A stretch of DNA of 64,000 bases, taken from the NCBI GenBank assembly GCA_963699165.1, contig OY969413.1, positions 788,562-852,561 of the forward strand, given 5' to 3'. Source of the stretch: Candidatus Kaiserbacteria bacterium. Its GTDB lineage: Bacteria; Patescibacteriota; Minisyncoccia; Phycocordibacterales; Phycocordibacteraceae. A program made the translations under genes and the position numbers. Shown piece after piece: positions 9,571 to 19,629 of this stretch. Each line of letters starts with the position of its first letter. Position 1 is the first letter of the stretch. Below the pieces are notes generated by a model. It made no database searches. It saw only the letters and a program-made list of their open reading frames with translations, and had not been told where the DNA came from.

Positions 9571-10848
9571 TCAAAGTTTTCCGAGCATTTTTCCGAGCTC
9601 TTCGCGGACCACGCGGGCGTCGCTCCACGGCTCTTTGGTGCCGCGGGGTCCCATGATGTACGGGTCGGTGCCTTTGCCGGAAATGAGCACGGCATCGCCC
9701 GTCTTCGCGAGTGAAAGCGCATGCCGAATCGCTTCGCGACGGTCCATAATGATTTCAGGCGCGCGCTTCATGCCCTTCGCCATCGCGTCGACAATCGCGC
9801 GCGGGTCTTCGTCATACGGGTCTTCATTTGCAAGAATGACCTTATCGCACGTTTCGTCGGCAATGCGCCCCATCTCCGCGCGCTTCCAGGTGTCGCGGCC
9901 GCCGCCGGTGTTGCCGAGCAAACAGATTTTTCGCTGATGCGGAAATGCGCTGTAGAGCGCGCGGAGCGAATCCGGCGTGTGCGCGTAATCGACGACGGCA
10001 ATGAAATCCTGCCCCTCCTCGATTCGCTCGACGCGGCCGCGCACAACGGGAAGTTTCGCAAGTGCGCTCGCCGCGGTTCCAAGCGGAATGCCGAATGCTT
10101 CACAGAGCTTCACCGCCGCAAGCGCATTCGTCGCATTGAATGTGCCGGGCAAAGGAAGAACAAACGGCGTTCCGCCGTACGTAAAGCGTACGCTCTCGTC
10201 ATCCGCCACGACGTGCCGCATGTCCTCTTGCTGAAAGGGAATGGCGCGCTCAACTTTCGCGGAAAGAAAGTCCCGTGTTTCCGAAATGTCTCCGTTTGCC
10301 ACCAGTATTCGCGGCCGTTTCGGCGAATGCACGAGCGTATCGACGATGGCGCGCTTTGCCGCAACATACTTTTCGAACGAGCCATGGCTTTCGATATGTT
10401 CCTTCTGAATGTTGGTAACGATAAGCCCGTTAAAATCCAAAAAACGGTTTCGAAACTGCAGCACGCTTTCCGACGTAACTTCGATAACAAAGTGCGTGCA
10501 TCCGGCATCGAGCGCCTTGCGCATAAATGACTGCGCAAATCCGCGGCCTTGCAGCGTCATTTTATAGAGGTTCGGTTCGGACTCATCTTCGATGGCAAAT
10601 CGTATCGTCGAAATAAGGCCGGTTTTTTTGCCGGACGCGCGCAGGATTTGAAAAACCATTTCGGCAACCGTTGATTTGCCTTTGGTGCCTGTGACGCCGA
10701 TGACAATGAGTTTCCGCGCGGGGAAACCGTAGGATGCAGCCATAAGAAAAGTGAGTGCGCGATGATACAACGGGCGCAGTGGACGCACGACCGGTTCCGG
10801 TACGACTTTTTTCAAGAGGCGAACAATCCGATTTACGAATTCGTACAT
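9571..10848 (-). CDS. murE: UDP-N-acetylmuramyl-tripeptide synthetase (MurE family)
   Basis: GVTGTKGKST, VDYAHTPDS, GGGRD, EDPYDEDP, GKG. Confidence 0.9.
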   Translation of the reverse strand: MYEFVNRIVRLLKKVVPEPVVRPLRPLYHRALTFLMAASYGFPARKLIVIGVTGTKGKSTVAEMVFQILRASGKKTGLISTIRFAIEDESEPNLYKMTLQGRGFAQSFMRKALDAGCTHFVIEVTSESVLQFRNRFLDFNGLIVTNIQKEHIESHGSFEKYVAAKRAIVDTLVHSPKRPRILVANGDISETRDFLSAKVERAIPFQQEDMRHVVADDESVRFTYGGTPFVLPLPGTFNATNALAAVKLCEAFGIPLGTAASALAKLPVVRGRVERIEEGQDFIAVVDYAHTPDSLRALYSAFPHQRKICLLGNTGGGRDTWKRAEMGRIADETCDKVILANEDPYDEDPRAIVDAMAKGMKRAPEIIMDRREAIRHALSLAKTGDAVLISGKGTDPYIMGPRGTKEPWSDARVVREELGKMLGKL

Positions 10849-10851
10849 ATA

Positions 10852-11397
10852 TTATTCTCCGTGAGAAAGCGCCGCTTTCAATCGCGCGTCTTTTCCGGTC
10901 ACGCTTTCGGGAATGCCCTGCAATGCTTTGCGCGCTTCGCGTTCGGTGTAGCCGAGCGCGACGAGCGTGTCAAACACCTCGCCGTCGGCATTGTCGTGCG
11001 CCCGCGGGCCGACCTTGTCCGCAAGTTCGACCAGCATTTTCTCCGCGCTCTTTTTTCCGAGCCCGACAACTTTGGTGAGGTACACAAGGTCGCGTTTCCC
11101 GATGGCGCCCTCAAGCGCTTCACGCGGCGAGCGGCGCAGCACGCTCAAAGCTGTTTTTGGGCCGACGCCGGAAACCGAAAGAATAAGCTCGAAGAAATCG
11201 CGGTCGGCGGCGTCTTGGAATCCGTAAAGCTCCAGGCCGTCCTGTTTGAGCGCGAGGTGCGTCGCAAGAACGGCCTCCGCGCCGACCGAAAGCGTCTGCG
11301 GCGCGCTCATCCGCACCTCGATGCCGAAGCCCGCCACTTCGACGACTGCGCTTGTCGGCCCCACCGAAAGCACCCGTCCGCGAATCTGTCGAATCAT
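10852..11397 (-). CDS. ruvA: Holliday junction branch migration protein RuvA
   Basis: LYGF, VSGVGPKTAL, GLGKKSAEK, LVALGY. Confidence 0.95.
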   Translation of the reverse strand: MIRQIRGRVLSVGPTSAVVEVAGFGIEVRMSAPQTLSVGAEAVLATHLALKQDGLELYGFQDAADRDFFELILSVSGVGPKTALSVLRRSPREALEGAIGKRDLVYLTKVVGLGKKSAEKMLVELADKVGPRAHDNADGEVFDTLVALGYTEREARKALQGIPESVTGKDARLKAALSHGE

Positions 11398-11453
11398 ACC
11401 GACATCGTACTACCATTTGCCATTCCGCGGGAGGTAGCGTATATATAGGACAT

Positions 11454-11720
11454 ATGGCAATCACCAGTTCGGCAAAAAAGGCAATCCGCGTTTCCGCGCG
11501 GAAGCACGTATTTAACCTGCGCCGCAAGGACGCGCTCTACGACACGACCAAGTCGCTTACCAAGGCGCTTGCCGCAAAGGATGTCGCGGGAGCCGCAAAG
11601 CTTCTTCCGTCCGCATACAAGGCAATCGACAAGGCGGCAAAGCGCGGCGTCATCAAGAGCAATACGGCCGACCGAAAGAAGGCGCGCCTCGCGGCCGCAA
11701 TCAAACGAGCGCAGGCGTAA
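11454..11720 (+). CDS. rpsT: 30S ribosomal protein S20
   Basis: MAITSSAKKAIR...IDKAAKRGVIKSNTADRKKARL. Confidence 0.95.
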   Translation: MAITSSAKKAIRVSARKHVFNLRRKDALYDTTKSLTKALAAKDVAGAAKLLPSAYKAIDKAAKRGVIKSNTADRKKARLAAAIKRAQA

Positions 11721-11794
11721 CGCTATGTGCTAGGGTTGAGTCGGGTCGTGCACCGTGCCCGACTTTTGGCAGACCAACACCATTTATTTTTAGT

Positions 11795-13117
11795 ATGAAA
11801 AAGCTGTACGGCGCGCAAACGGAAAAAGCTCTCGCGAATTTCCCTTTTCATTTTCGTAAAACACCGAAAGAATTTATTCGTGCAATCGTCGAAATAAAAA
11901 AAGCCGGCGCGATTGCGCATGGCAAAGCGGGGGAGCTCGATGCGGGAAGAAAGACGGCAATCGTAAAAGCATGCGATGAAATTTTGAAAGGGGAGCATGC
12001 CGAGCAGTTTGTGTTGCCGGCTTTTCAGGGCGGGGCGGGAACCTCGAATCACACAAATGTGAACGAAGTGATTGCAAATCGAGCGACGGAGATTTTGAAA
12101 GCATCCGGCTCGAAAAATGTTGTGCACCCGAACGACCACGTCAACATGTCGCATTCGACCAACGACGTGATGCCGTCTGCACTAAAAATCACTGCGTATC
12201 GTATCGCGGAGAAATTGCTCGCAACGTTCGATGTCGTTGCCGAAAGCTTTGATGCGAAAGCGCGCGAATTTAAAGATGTTGTAAAACTCGGTCGGACGCA
12301 TTTGCAGGACGCCGTTCCGGTAACGCTTGGGAGCGAGTTCGCGGCATATGCGGAATGTGTCCGCCGCGGAGCGCGAAGAGTTAAGACGGCATCGCATGAT
12401 TTGCTTGAACTTAACTTGGGCGGGACTGCCGTAGGAAATGCCATCAATTCGTCCGCACAGTATCGAAAGCAACTTTTTGTAGAACTCAAAGAAATAACCG
12501 GATTGAAAGTCGTGCCCGCGAAAAATCTCATGGCGCAGACGAGCAGCAACACGGACTTTGTGTGGCTCTCGCAGAGTTTGGTCGCCGTATGCGTTGACCT
12601 CTCGAAAATCTCTAACGACTTGCGGCTGCTTTCTTCGGGACCGCGGGGCGGCCTCGGCGAACTGTACATTCCTGAACTCCAGGCGGGTTCGGCGATTATG
12701 CCGGGCAAGGTCAATCCGGTTCTTATGGAAACGGTCAATCAATTGTATTTTTTGGTTTCGGGCAACAATCTTTCAATCGAGCATTCCGCGGAGGCGTCGC
12801 AGCTTGAGTTGGGAGTGATGCTGCCGCTTGTCGCCGACCGACTCATCGAGTCGCTCTCGCTTATGGACGAAGTGCTTTTGCAATTTGCGAAGAAATGCGT
12901 GGACGGCATTACGGCAAACAAAGGCCGCTGCCGCGAGCTTCTTGAAAAATCAACCGCGTATGCGACGCGCCTTACTCCGAAAATCGGCTATGACGCGACG
13001 GCGGAATTGGTAAAAGAGTCGGTTGCCGGGGGAAAAACCATCCGCGAATTGGCACTCGAGAAAAAATTGCTCACGAACGAGGAGTTCGATGCGCTGGTGA
13101 AAGGGTTTCGGCCGTAA
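11795..13117 (+). CDS. aspA: Aspartate ammonia-lyase / class II fumarase family protein
   Basis: QGGAGTS, HPNDHVN, GRTHLQDA, GSAIMPGKVNP signature; aspA versus fumC not resolvable by eye. Confidence 0.75.
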   Translation: MKKLYGAQTEKALANFPFHFRKTPKEFIRAIVEIKKAGAIAHGKAGELDAGRKTAIVKACDEILKGEHAEQFVLPAFQGGAGTSNHTNVNEVIANRATEILKASGSKNVVHPNDHVNMSHSTNDVMPSALKITAYRIAEKLLATFDVVAESFDAKAREFKDVVKLGRTHLQDAVPVTLGSEFAAYAECVRRGARRVKTASHDLLELNLGGTAVGNAINSSAQYRKQLFVELKEITGLKVVPAKNLMAQTSSNTDFVWLSQSLVAVCVDLSKISNDLRLLSSGPRGGLGELYIPELQAGSAIMPGKVNPVLMETVNQLYFLVSGNNLSIEHSAEASQLELGVMLPLVADRLIESLSLMDEVLLQFAKKCVDGITANKGRCRELLEKSTAYATRLTPKIGYDATAELVKESVAGGKTIRELALEKKLLTNEEFDALVKGFRP

Positions 13118-13123
13118 AACAGG

Positions 13124-13369
13124 CTACCTAAATGAATCTTCCATTTTGTTTTTAAAGCCAATAAGCTTATTTTGAAACCAACCATTGGTCAGAAACAAAA
13201 TTCCCGCTATCAGAGAAATTGCAGCGTATAGGAGTATGTTACATGGCCACGTTATGGGTGACATAGAAATTACAGCTCCCGCGATTGAGAGAGTGAACCC
13301 CAAATTGATATAAATATAATCCCAGCTTCCTTGACCGCGCTTAATTTTTGCTTCTAAGGCAGTTTTCAT
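13124..13369 (-). CDS. Small two-TM membrane protein (low GC)
   Basis: 81-aa ORF with two hydrophobic segments, AT-rich. Confidence 0.6.
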   Translation of the reverse strand: MKTALEAKIKRGQGSWDYIYINLGFTLSIAGAVISMSPITWPCNILLYAAISLIAGILFLTNGWFQNKLIGFKNKMEDSFR

Positions 13370-13390
13370 AACATATTCTACAAATTCCGT

Positions 13391-14014
13391 TTAAAGCACC
13401 TTTGAAATCATTGCTTGCGCCTCTGGTTTCATTCCGGTCATGAATATCTTCAATGTTGTTTTGGCAAATGACACTCGTTCCTCGTGTTTTTCTTTTATAA
13501 ACCTGTCGTCTGTCAGCAACTCAAGCCAAGCAGGACTTTGGGCAATTACCTTTTCTTCATTTAGGAAAATATAAAAAGACGTTGCGGCTGAGCTTGCTCT
13601 TGCTAAGCGATGTTGCTCGTCCCTTTCGTTTTTGCTCATTTCAAGTTCAAGTGTTCCCCCTATAAATGCCACATCCAGTATCCCAAATTTAACTTTCTCA
13701 TTGCATGACTGGTCAATCATCTTTTTGCAATCAGCTAACAGATAAAGTGCTTTCGGATAATCCTTCTTTTCGGCGTAGATTCCCGCTAGAGCTGTGTAAG
13801 CCGTGATGCTTTCTGGATTGAGTTCCAGTATCTCCCTAAAATCGTGTTCCGCATCGTCAAATCGCCTTTCCTTAAGTAAATACGTTCCTCGAGTAGAAAG
13901 CCACCCAGTTTTTGACAGCATTAAAATCTTCGGGTCCGAGGCCCACTGCATCTGAAATTCTTTGAATTTTTCAATTTTTTCCTTCTCAAGCAAACCCGAT
14001 GTCTGCGTATTCAT
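13391..14014 (-). CDS. TPR-repeat protein (low GC)
   Basis: RGTYLLKERRFDDAEHDFREILELNPESITAYTALAGIY is a TPR pattern. Confidence 0.7.
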   Translation of the reverse strand: MNTQTSGLLEKEKIEKFKEFQMQWASDPKILMLSKTGWLSTRGTYLLKERRFDDAEHDFREILELNPESITAYTALAGIYAEKKDYPKALYLLADCKKMIDQSCNEKVKFGILDVAFIGGTLELEMSKNERDEQHRLARASSAATSFYIFLNEEKVIAQSPAWLELLTDDRFIKEKHEERVSFAKTTLKIFMTGMKPEAQAMISKVL

Positions 14015-14134
14015 ATGCTGACTCCTAGATTGTTATTTAGGTTGTAATTTTATCACAATCCGGTTAAGGAAATGCTTCGATTTGAATTCAAGATAGCTCG
14101 AAGCAGAATCTTCGAGATGGCTAATTCAGTCGGT

Positions 14135-14321
14135 GTGGCCGCGAATTGTTTGCTCGTCGACACCCGCAAATTTCCGCGACCCCGGCTCGCGATTTTGCAC
14201 CCGACGGCACGATGAGGCGTCGCGTGCTAACAAAACATCGGCCCTCGACAGTGAGACGAGGCGTCTTGCTCCAAGCACAAAAGCAGAAAGCCCTGCCGCA
14301 GGGCAGGGCTTTCTGCTTTTG
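14135..14321 (-). repeat. tRNA-tailing palindromic repeat (copy after tRNA-Arg GCG), includes 24-bp perfect stem
   Basis: AGCACAAAAGCAGAAAGCCCTGCC-gcag-GGCAGGGCTTTCTGCTTTTGTGCT overlaps the tRNA 3' end; core CGCGACCCCGGCTCGC (14175-14190) is the exact reverse complement of 41544-41559. Confidence 0.75.
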
Positions 14322-14393
14322 TGCTCTCGGACAGAATCGAACTGTCATTGCCGGCTCCGCAAGCCGGTGTCCTATCCGTTGAACGACGAGAGC
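14322..14393 (-). tRNA. tRNA-Arg(GCG)
   Basis: GCTCTCG/CGAGAGC acceptor, CCGGC-TTGCGGA-GCCGG anticodon arm, GTTCGATTC T-loop. Confidence 0.92.
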
Positions 14394-14446
14394 ATGACGC
14401 GCGAACTCAAGTATGCCTACATACGAGAGCAACACTTGAATGTATA

Positions 14447-14920
14447 TCAGAATCCGAGCAAGGCCGCCACCAGCTCTGCGAAAGTCGGCGGGTGTTCCTT
14501 CTCGTCCACATGCTGCAGGAAGTAGGCGTAAATCAAGTCGGCATCAACGCCTTCCAGCGGAATAATGAGGTGCGGCGAGTGCCAATTCTTTGTCTTGATT
14601 GAAATCATGGGAGGAAATTCTCCCTCGATATCTTCGAGAACGGAGAATGAAATCATTTGTGCAAACGGATGCAGCTGGTCGCCGATGAGGATGCCGTTGT
14701 CCGCAAGGCGAAATCGATGGACCGGCGGCACCTTTGCCGCATGAAGCGCGATTGCCGCCGCCGCGACAACGATTAGAATCGCGAGCAGGTAATTTGCGAA
14801 GAGAACCGATGCTATGACGGCGGCCGTGGCGACTATTCCGAGCGCCCAATACCAGTCCGCACTTTTCGGATTGTGGTCGTATTCTCGTCCTTCCCATTCC
14901 AATATAGCGGGGCGGGGCAT
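14447..14920 (-). CDS. Conserved CPR-type membrane protein
   Basis: LEWEGREYDHNPKSADWYW followed by two TM helices and a soluble domain. Confidence 0.7.
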   Translation of the reverse strand: MPRPAILEWEGREYDHNPKSADWYWALGIVATAAVIASVLFANYLLAILIVVAAAAIALHAAKVPPVHRFRLADNGILIGDQLHPFAQMISFSVLEDIEGEFPPMISIKTKNWHSPHLIIPLEGVDADLIYAYFLQHVDEKEHPPTFAELVAALLGF

Positions 14921-14935
14921 ACGGAAAGTATATCA

Positions 14936-16102
14936 CTAGAAATGCGCGGTGAGCGGGGTTCCGAGACCGGTCACGTAGTCGTAGTGCGTTCGCGCCGTGC
15001 AGACGTATCCGCAGTCGCCGTTTGTTCCGCTTACGATGTCGCGGAAATATTGTTCCGAACCGCTCGACGCTTTGTCGGTGTAGAAATTCGGATTGTTAGC
15101 ACCGCTGCCGAGTGCGGCGATTGCCGCCCATTGCGGAGCGCCCGCGCTCGTGCCGCCCACGACGCGCCAAACGCCGCCGCGGACAATCGAAAAGCCGCTC
15201 GCCGGGTCGGCGTCATACGCGACGTCGGGAATCGCGCGCATGCCGCCGCTTTTCTTGATGGAATAGCCGCTCTGATATACCGGTTCTTTTTCATACGCGC
15301 TGATGCCGCCACCAGAGCCGCCCCACGCCGTTTCGCTTTGAAATGCACCGCCTGCGCCAACCTTAAGCGTCGTACCACCGACGCCAATCACATTCGGTGA
15401 GCTCGCCGGCCACGACGCTCCGGATCCGTCGTCGCCCGCGCTTGCGAAAAAGACCGCGCCGTTTTTCGAAACGAAATGCGAATCGAGCGTCGTTTCTTCG
15501 GAAAACTCGGAGCCGCCGAAACTCATCGAAACGGCGACGACATCGCCTCTGCCCGCGGCGTAATCAATTGCCTTAAGAAAATTTGCGCCGGATGGCGTCG
15601 GTGCCTCGATGAGAAGAATTTTTGCCGACGGCGCAATCGCGTGCGCCCACTCGACATCGAGCGTTGTCTCGAGAGCCCAACCGCTGTTTGTCGATTCCTT
15701 CGCGCTCATTTTGTGCTTTTCAAAACAGCCGTTCGCGGTTGTGCAGGCGGGCAAGTTAAATGCTTTTGAAAAATCGCCGAGATCTTTTTCTATCGACGAG
15801 TCGTCGTAGGCATCGATGATGGCAATGGTGCCTTTGCCGCCCGTGCTCGGCAAATGGTATATCGTTTTGATTTCGCTCGGTGTCATGCCTTGCGGTGATT
15901 TGCTTGTGCCGGATGCGACATGAATCGGCGGCACGCCGCGATAATTTGAAAAATGATACGCGGCATTCGCGAGCGGAGTACCGCTCGCGAATGCGATTAT
16001 AAAAATGAGCACCCCAACCCCTCGCACCAGCCGAAGAAAACGTACGCGCATCGGAAGTATTTTAAAATAAACGCGCGCCATTACAGCGCCGACCCTGTGC
16101 AT
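14936..16102 (-). CDS. Secreted S53 (sedolisin) family serine peptidase; start uncertain
   Basis: ETTLDVEW, ASAGDDG, AIPDVA, GGTSAGAP, YDYVTGLGTP. Confidence 0.9.
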   Translation of the reverse strand: MHRVGAVMARVYFKILPMRVRFLRLVRGVGVLIFIIAFASGTPLANAAYHFSNYRGVPPIHVASGTSKSPQGMTPSEIKTIYHLPSTGGKGTIAIIDAYDDSSIEKDLGDFSKAFNLPACTTANGCFEKHKMSAKESTNSGWALETTLDVEWAHAIAPSAKILLIEAPTPSGANFLKAIDYAAGRGDVVAVSMSFGGSEFSEETTLDSHFVSKNGAVFFASAGDDGSGASWPASSPNVIGVGGTTLKVGAGGAFQSETAWGGSGGGISAYEKEPVYQSGYSIKKSGGMRAIPDVAYDADPASGFSIVRGGVWRVVGGTSAGAPQWAAIAALGSGANNPNFYTDKASSGSEQYFRDIVSGTNGDCGYVCTARTHYDYVTGLGTPLTAHF

Positions 16103-16141
16103 AAATGCCCACGGCTTCGCTTCGGCGGGGAAGCCGCGATG

Positions 16142-16660
16142 TTATCTCAAAGCCGCTACAATGGCATCCACAACCTTTGGTAATGGCTCCGTGGCATCAA
16201 TCACAACTGCACCGAGCGCTCTAAAATCGTTTGCAAAAGTTTTATTCCATCGGAGGATGTCATCATGCTGGTGTTTTGCTTTTCCGTAATCGTTGCCGGT
16301 CCGCGACATAAGGCGATGTTCCAGTGTTTCGTCGTCCACCGCTAGGCAGAACACTGTATCAAACAGATGTGCCACTTCGCGCGCGTTTCCCGGTGTGCCG
16401 CACAGGAACACCGCTGTATCGTCTGACTCTTTTTTCAAACGGGAGACGACGGCTGCTTCGAGCGTCCACCGGAACGTGCGATACCACTCCGGAGTGCCGT
16501 ATTGAATGCCGGACTGCCCGTTGTCTGGCTCTCGATTGTCACGGCGGATCCATATTGACAACGAGTCGGTACCTTGCGCGTCATATTCGCGCCGGGTGAG
16601 TTCTCTTTGTACGGAGGTCTTGCCGGCACCGGGAATGCCCGTGACGAAATATATTGCCAT
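16142..16660 (-). CDS. P-loop nucleoside/nucleotide kinase-like (AAA_18) protein
   Basis: VTGIPGAGKTS; RLMSRTGNDYGK. Confidence 0.75.
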   Translation of the reverse strand: MAIYFVTGIPGAGKTSVQRELTRREYDAQGTDSLSIWIRRDNREPDNGQSGIQYGTPEWYRTFRWTLEAAVVSRLKKESDDTAVFLCGTPGNAREVAHLFDTVFCLAVDDETLEHRLMSRTGNDYGKAKHQHDDILRWNKTFANDFRALGAVVIDATEPLPKVVDAIVAALR

Positions 16661-16710
16661 TATTCAGCATTCTAGCCGATGCAGTTCGGCTTACATAGCC
16701 CCGTGCTGGT

Positions 16711-17251
16711 CTACACAGTCGAATGTTCCGTATCGGACGGCTCCTTGGTCTCGTCATGGTGCAAACTAAAGCTTGATATTATGGATGCAACGATGTAATC
16801 AGTATCCGCGTCGCCTGCAATGATTTCGTCCGCGAATTTTTCATACAAAGGCAGACGCTCGGCGTACAAATCAGCAAATGTCCTGTTTTCGGCGACTACG
16901 ATGCCGCGAGGTTTCCCCCCGATTCTTTCTTCAAGCACCGCAAGCGGTACACGTAAATAAAAAATGCGAGAGATATTTTTTAAATGCTTCATCGCCGTTT
17001 GGCGGTAAATGACACTTCCGCCGGGAGAGATGACGGTGTCGTTTCTGCCCGCAGTACCGGAAATCACCATCTGCATTTCTTTATCAAGAAATTCGTGATC
17101 ACCTAGTGTCTCGACAATCTTCTGGAGAGGCATTGCGAAATTCTTTTCAAGCATAGCATCGGTTTCAACGAGAGAAAAACCGAGCTGCGCGGCTAATTTC
17201 GCCCCGATGAAAGATTTGCCGGACCCGGGCATGCCGATAAGGGTTATGTTC
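16711..17251 (-). CDS. aroK: Shikimate kinase
   Basis: MNITLIGMPGSGKS, VISPGGS, ERLPLYEKFAD. Confidence 0.8.
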
Positions 17252-17538
17252 ATACGCATTTTTCCTGTTCGAGAATTATGCCATAGGTAATTGAGCGATT
17301 TCATTCGCTAGGCATCCGTGCCCGCATTTCTTTTTCACAGTTTTTGAATGCGAATCAAAACTGCGGTGTGTCAGCGATTCAACCTTTGGTGTCCAAGCCC
17401 CATAAGGGTATTCTAGACGATTTTCTTCGACCCCGCTGAGGGCTCGGCATAGGTCTGCTATTTTTGAAAATGAGACAAATAAGACACTAAAAGGGTGTCT
17501 CGTGCGCGTGTCTCATTTATAAACTAACCCCATATACT

Positions 17539-18186
17539 ATGGAGTTTTCAGACGATTTGGTTGCAAGGGCAAAAGCGGAGTTCAAGGATAAGGACGGCAA
17601 AGAAATGAGCGACGGCGAAGCGCAAGAGGCGCTCCAAAACCTCGCTGGGCTGTTCGAGCTCCTATACGAGGGCGCGGTAGAAGATCAGCGCCGGAAGCAA
17701 CGGCTGAAAAAGGAACCCGAAGGATTTAGCCTCGACAATCATTACACCTGTCATGTTTGTCACAACACCTTTGGACCTGATCAGAACTGGTACTCGCGCT
17801 GGGGCATCACCTGTCGCACCTGCTTGCGGGCGCTAAAGGATGGCACTGTACCGGATTTCGTGACCCGAGACAGAGAAAGCTTTTATGCCGACTGGCAACT
17901 CAAGAGCGACTTCAACATACACCCGCAAACGATGCGCAAGATGGTGCGGCTCGGGGAGCTCAAAGCGAGGATCGTGTTGAACGACCAGGGGCGGCCATAT
18001 GAATATATATTTCTCAAGAAAGAGAACCCGCAGCTTATAGACCCCAAGCGACATTCCTCCGCGCGCAAGTCATATGAGCGCAATCGGGAAAAGTTAAGCG
18101 ACGCACGTATACGGGAAGCGAAGAAAGAATTTCGGGAAGAGAGGAAGAAAGAAATTGCAAAGTGGAAGAAAATAAATATAACTTGA
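17539..18186 (+). CDS. Hypothetical protein with two CxxC pairs and a probable HTH
   Basis: CHVC...CRTC, IHPQTMRKMVRLGELKAR. Confidence 0.7.
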   Translation: MEFSDDLVARAKAEFKDKDGKEMSDGEAQEALQNLAGLFELLYEGAVEDQRRKQRLKKEPEGFSLDNHYTCHVCHNTFGPDQNWYSRWGITCRTCLRALKDGTVPDFVTRDRESFYADWQLKSDFNIHPQTMRKMVRLGELKARIVLNDQGRPYEYIFLKKENPQLIDPKRHSSARKSYERNREKLSDARIREAKKEFREERKKEIAKWKKINIT

Positions 18187-18197
18187 ACATATCGATT

Positions 18198-19019
18198 TTA
18201 AAGAATAATAGCGGCTAAGGCCCTTGCCTCCCGAATTAGGCGTTCAACATCCGCAGGAATGACTTGCTCTTTGGGATGAGCGCAATTGTTTCCTACCTTA
18301 AATAGAGACTCAAGCTGCGATTGCTGTATTGGACTTATCACGCTGGAATTTTTGAGAGAGGTGATAACATCTTGAACGTCTGCCTTCTTTTTGCCGGGAG
18401 GGTTAACTGCGATTTTAACACCATGATCGTCTGCCACCGTAAAAAGATGTCGCTCTAAAGCAACCCGGGCTATCATGCCACTCACTCGGTAAAATACTTC
18501 TTCTCCATTTGCGTTTTTGAATATCGTTTCGGCAGTGGCAAATTCATCTGCCGCCACCTCGAAGCTCAGTTGTGTCTTTACAGGTAATTCACGAGACAAA
18601 ACCTCTTCGACGACAGAGAGTAGCAGTGCTCGTGCCGTCGAAAAATACTGCGAAAAGAGTCCAAGATATTCATGCCCTTTGGCTTCTTGTCCAGGTCCCG
18701 GCCAGTTTGCTTCGTGATAACTGTTGGTACCGATATTTATGTATTGCCCTATGTCGGTGTAGCTTCTCCTGCTTGGTATACCGTTACCTCGGCGAGGAAA
18801 TTTCGAGGTGTCATAACATTGATCAAACTCTTCGAGGGCAGAGGAGTTTGCTTGCACTAATATTTCACGCGCCCCCCGATACCATCGCTGTCCTTTCACC
18901 GACAAATCCGGCTGGACTTTTTCACCCTTGCTGAGACGTTCTGCTAGAGCTTGCGCCTCATCCGCGAGCACTTCGAGATCAGCAATTCTTTTTTGAAGTT
19001 GTACAAGTTTGCTCGACAT
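18198..19019 (-). CDS. DUF4145/HEPN-like domain protein
   Basis: RVALERHL ... KVGNNCAHP (degenerate Rx4H). Confidence 0.6.
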   Translation of the reverse strand: MSSKLVQLQKRIADLEVLADEAQALAERLSKGEKVQPDLSVKGQRWYRGAREILVQANSSALEEFDQCYDTSKFPRRGNGIPSRRSYTDIGQYINIGTNSYHEANWPGPGQEAKGHEYLGLFSQYFSTARALLLSVVEEVLSRELPVKTQLSFEVAADEFATAETIFKNANGEEVFYRVSGMIARVALERHLFTVADDHGVKIAVNPPGKKKADVQDVITSLKNSSVISPIQQSQLESLFKVGNNCAHPKEQVIPADVERLIREARALAAIIL

Positions 19020-19021
19020 AT

Positions 19022-19547
19022 TTAGTTGGTGGTATGCACGTGGAATCCGCAGGCACGGCAGAGACCATTGATTTGTGCGGGATTCACATGAAATTCAAAA
19101 CGTTCAACGCCGCAGATGGGACACGTTACGCTGCCGTATTTTCTTCCACTTTCGTCGATTGTGGTAAGTACTGTTTTTACGTCACGTACATACCTGTCTA
19201 CGTTCTCTTTGTCATTGACGTAACCCATAACCCACAAATCGGTGCTGATTTTACCAGCTGACGTCTCCTTGTAGCGGATTTTACCTTCATTCAAAAGTTT
19301 CTCCCAATATTGGCGGCTCTTCCCGTACTCACGAGCAATATCGCGCGATGACATAGTCCTTGCACGAAATGGAATAAACCCGTCCTTCTCCATCTGCTCG
19401 TAACACTTCGCTATTCCATGGGCGATCTCCTGTTCCTTCTCTTCTTTGGTGAATTGGCCGGTCATATCGATGCCCAAACTGAGCGTGCCGCCACTGCTAG
19501 CTCCGGCGTGCCAATAGACCTGTCGTTTGTCTTGTTCTGCCTCCATG
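19022..19547 (-). CDS. HTH + zinc-ribbon protein (possible excisionase/regulator)
   Basis: MSSRDIAREYGKSRQYWEKLLNEGKI HTH; CPIC...CRAC. Start approximate. Confidence 0.65.
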
Positions 19548-19629
19548 TTTGCAGTATAGCGCGCTTGGTTGCCAAAAGCAACCACAGTAATCCCCCTTAT
19601 CCACAGTGTATTTCCCTTGTATTCCCCCT

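Noticed and set aside
14452-14463. Third copy of the tRNA leader motif upstream of tRNA-Arg(GCG)
   Set aside because: Only CTCGGATTC matches, it lies in the last codons of a CDS and the other two blocks are absent
19597-19605. Chromosomal oriC
   Set aside because: Only one perfect DnaA box seen, inside an island, with no dnaA/dnaN nearby
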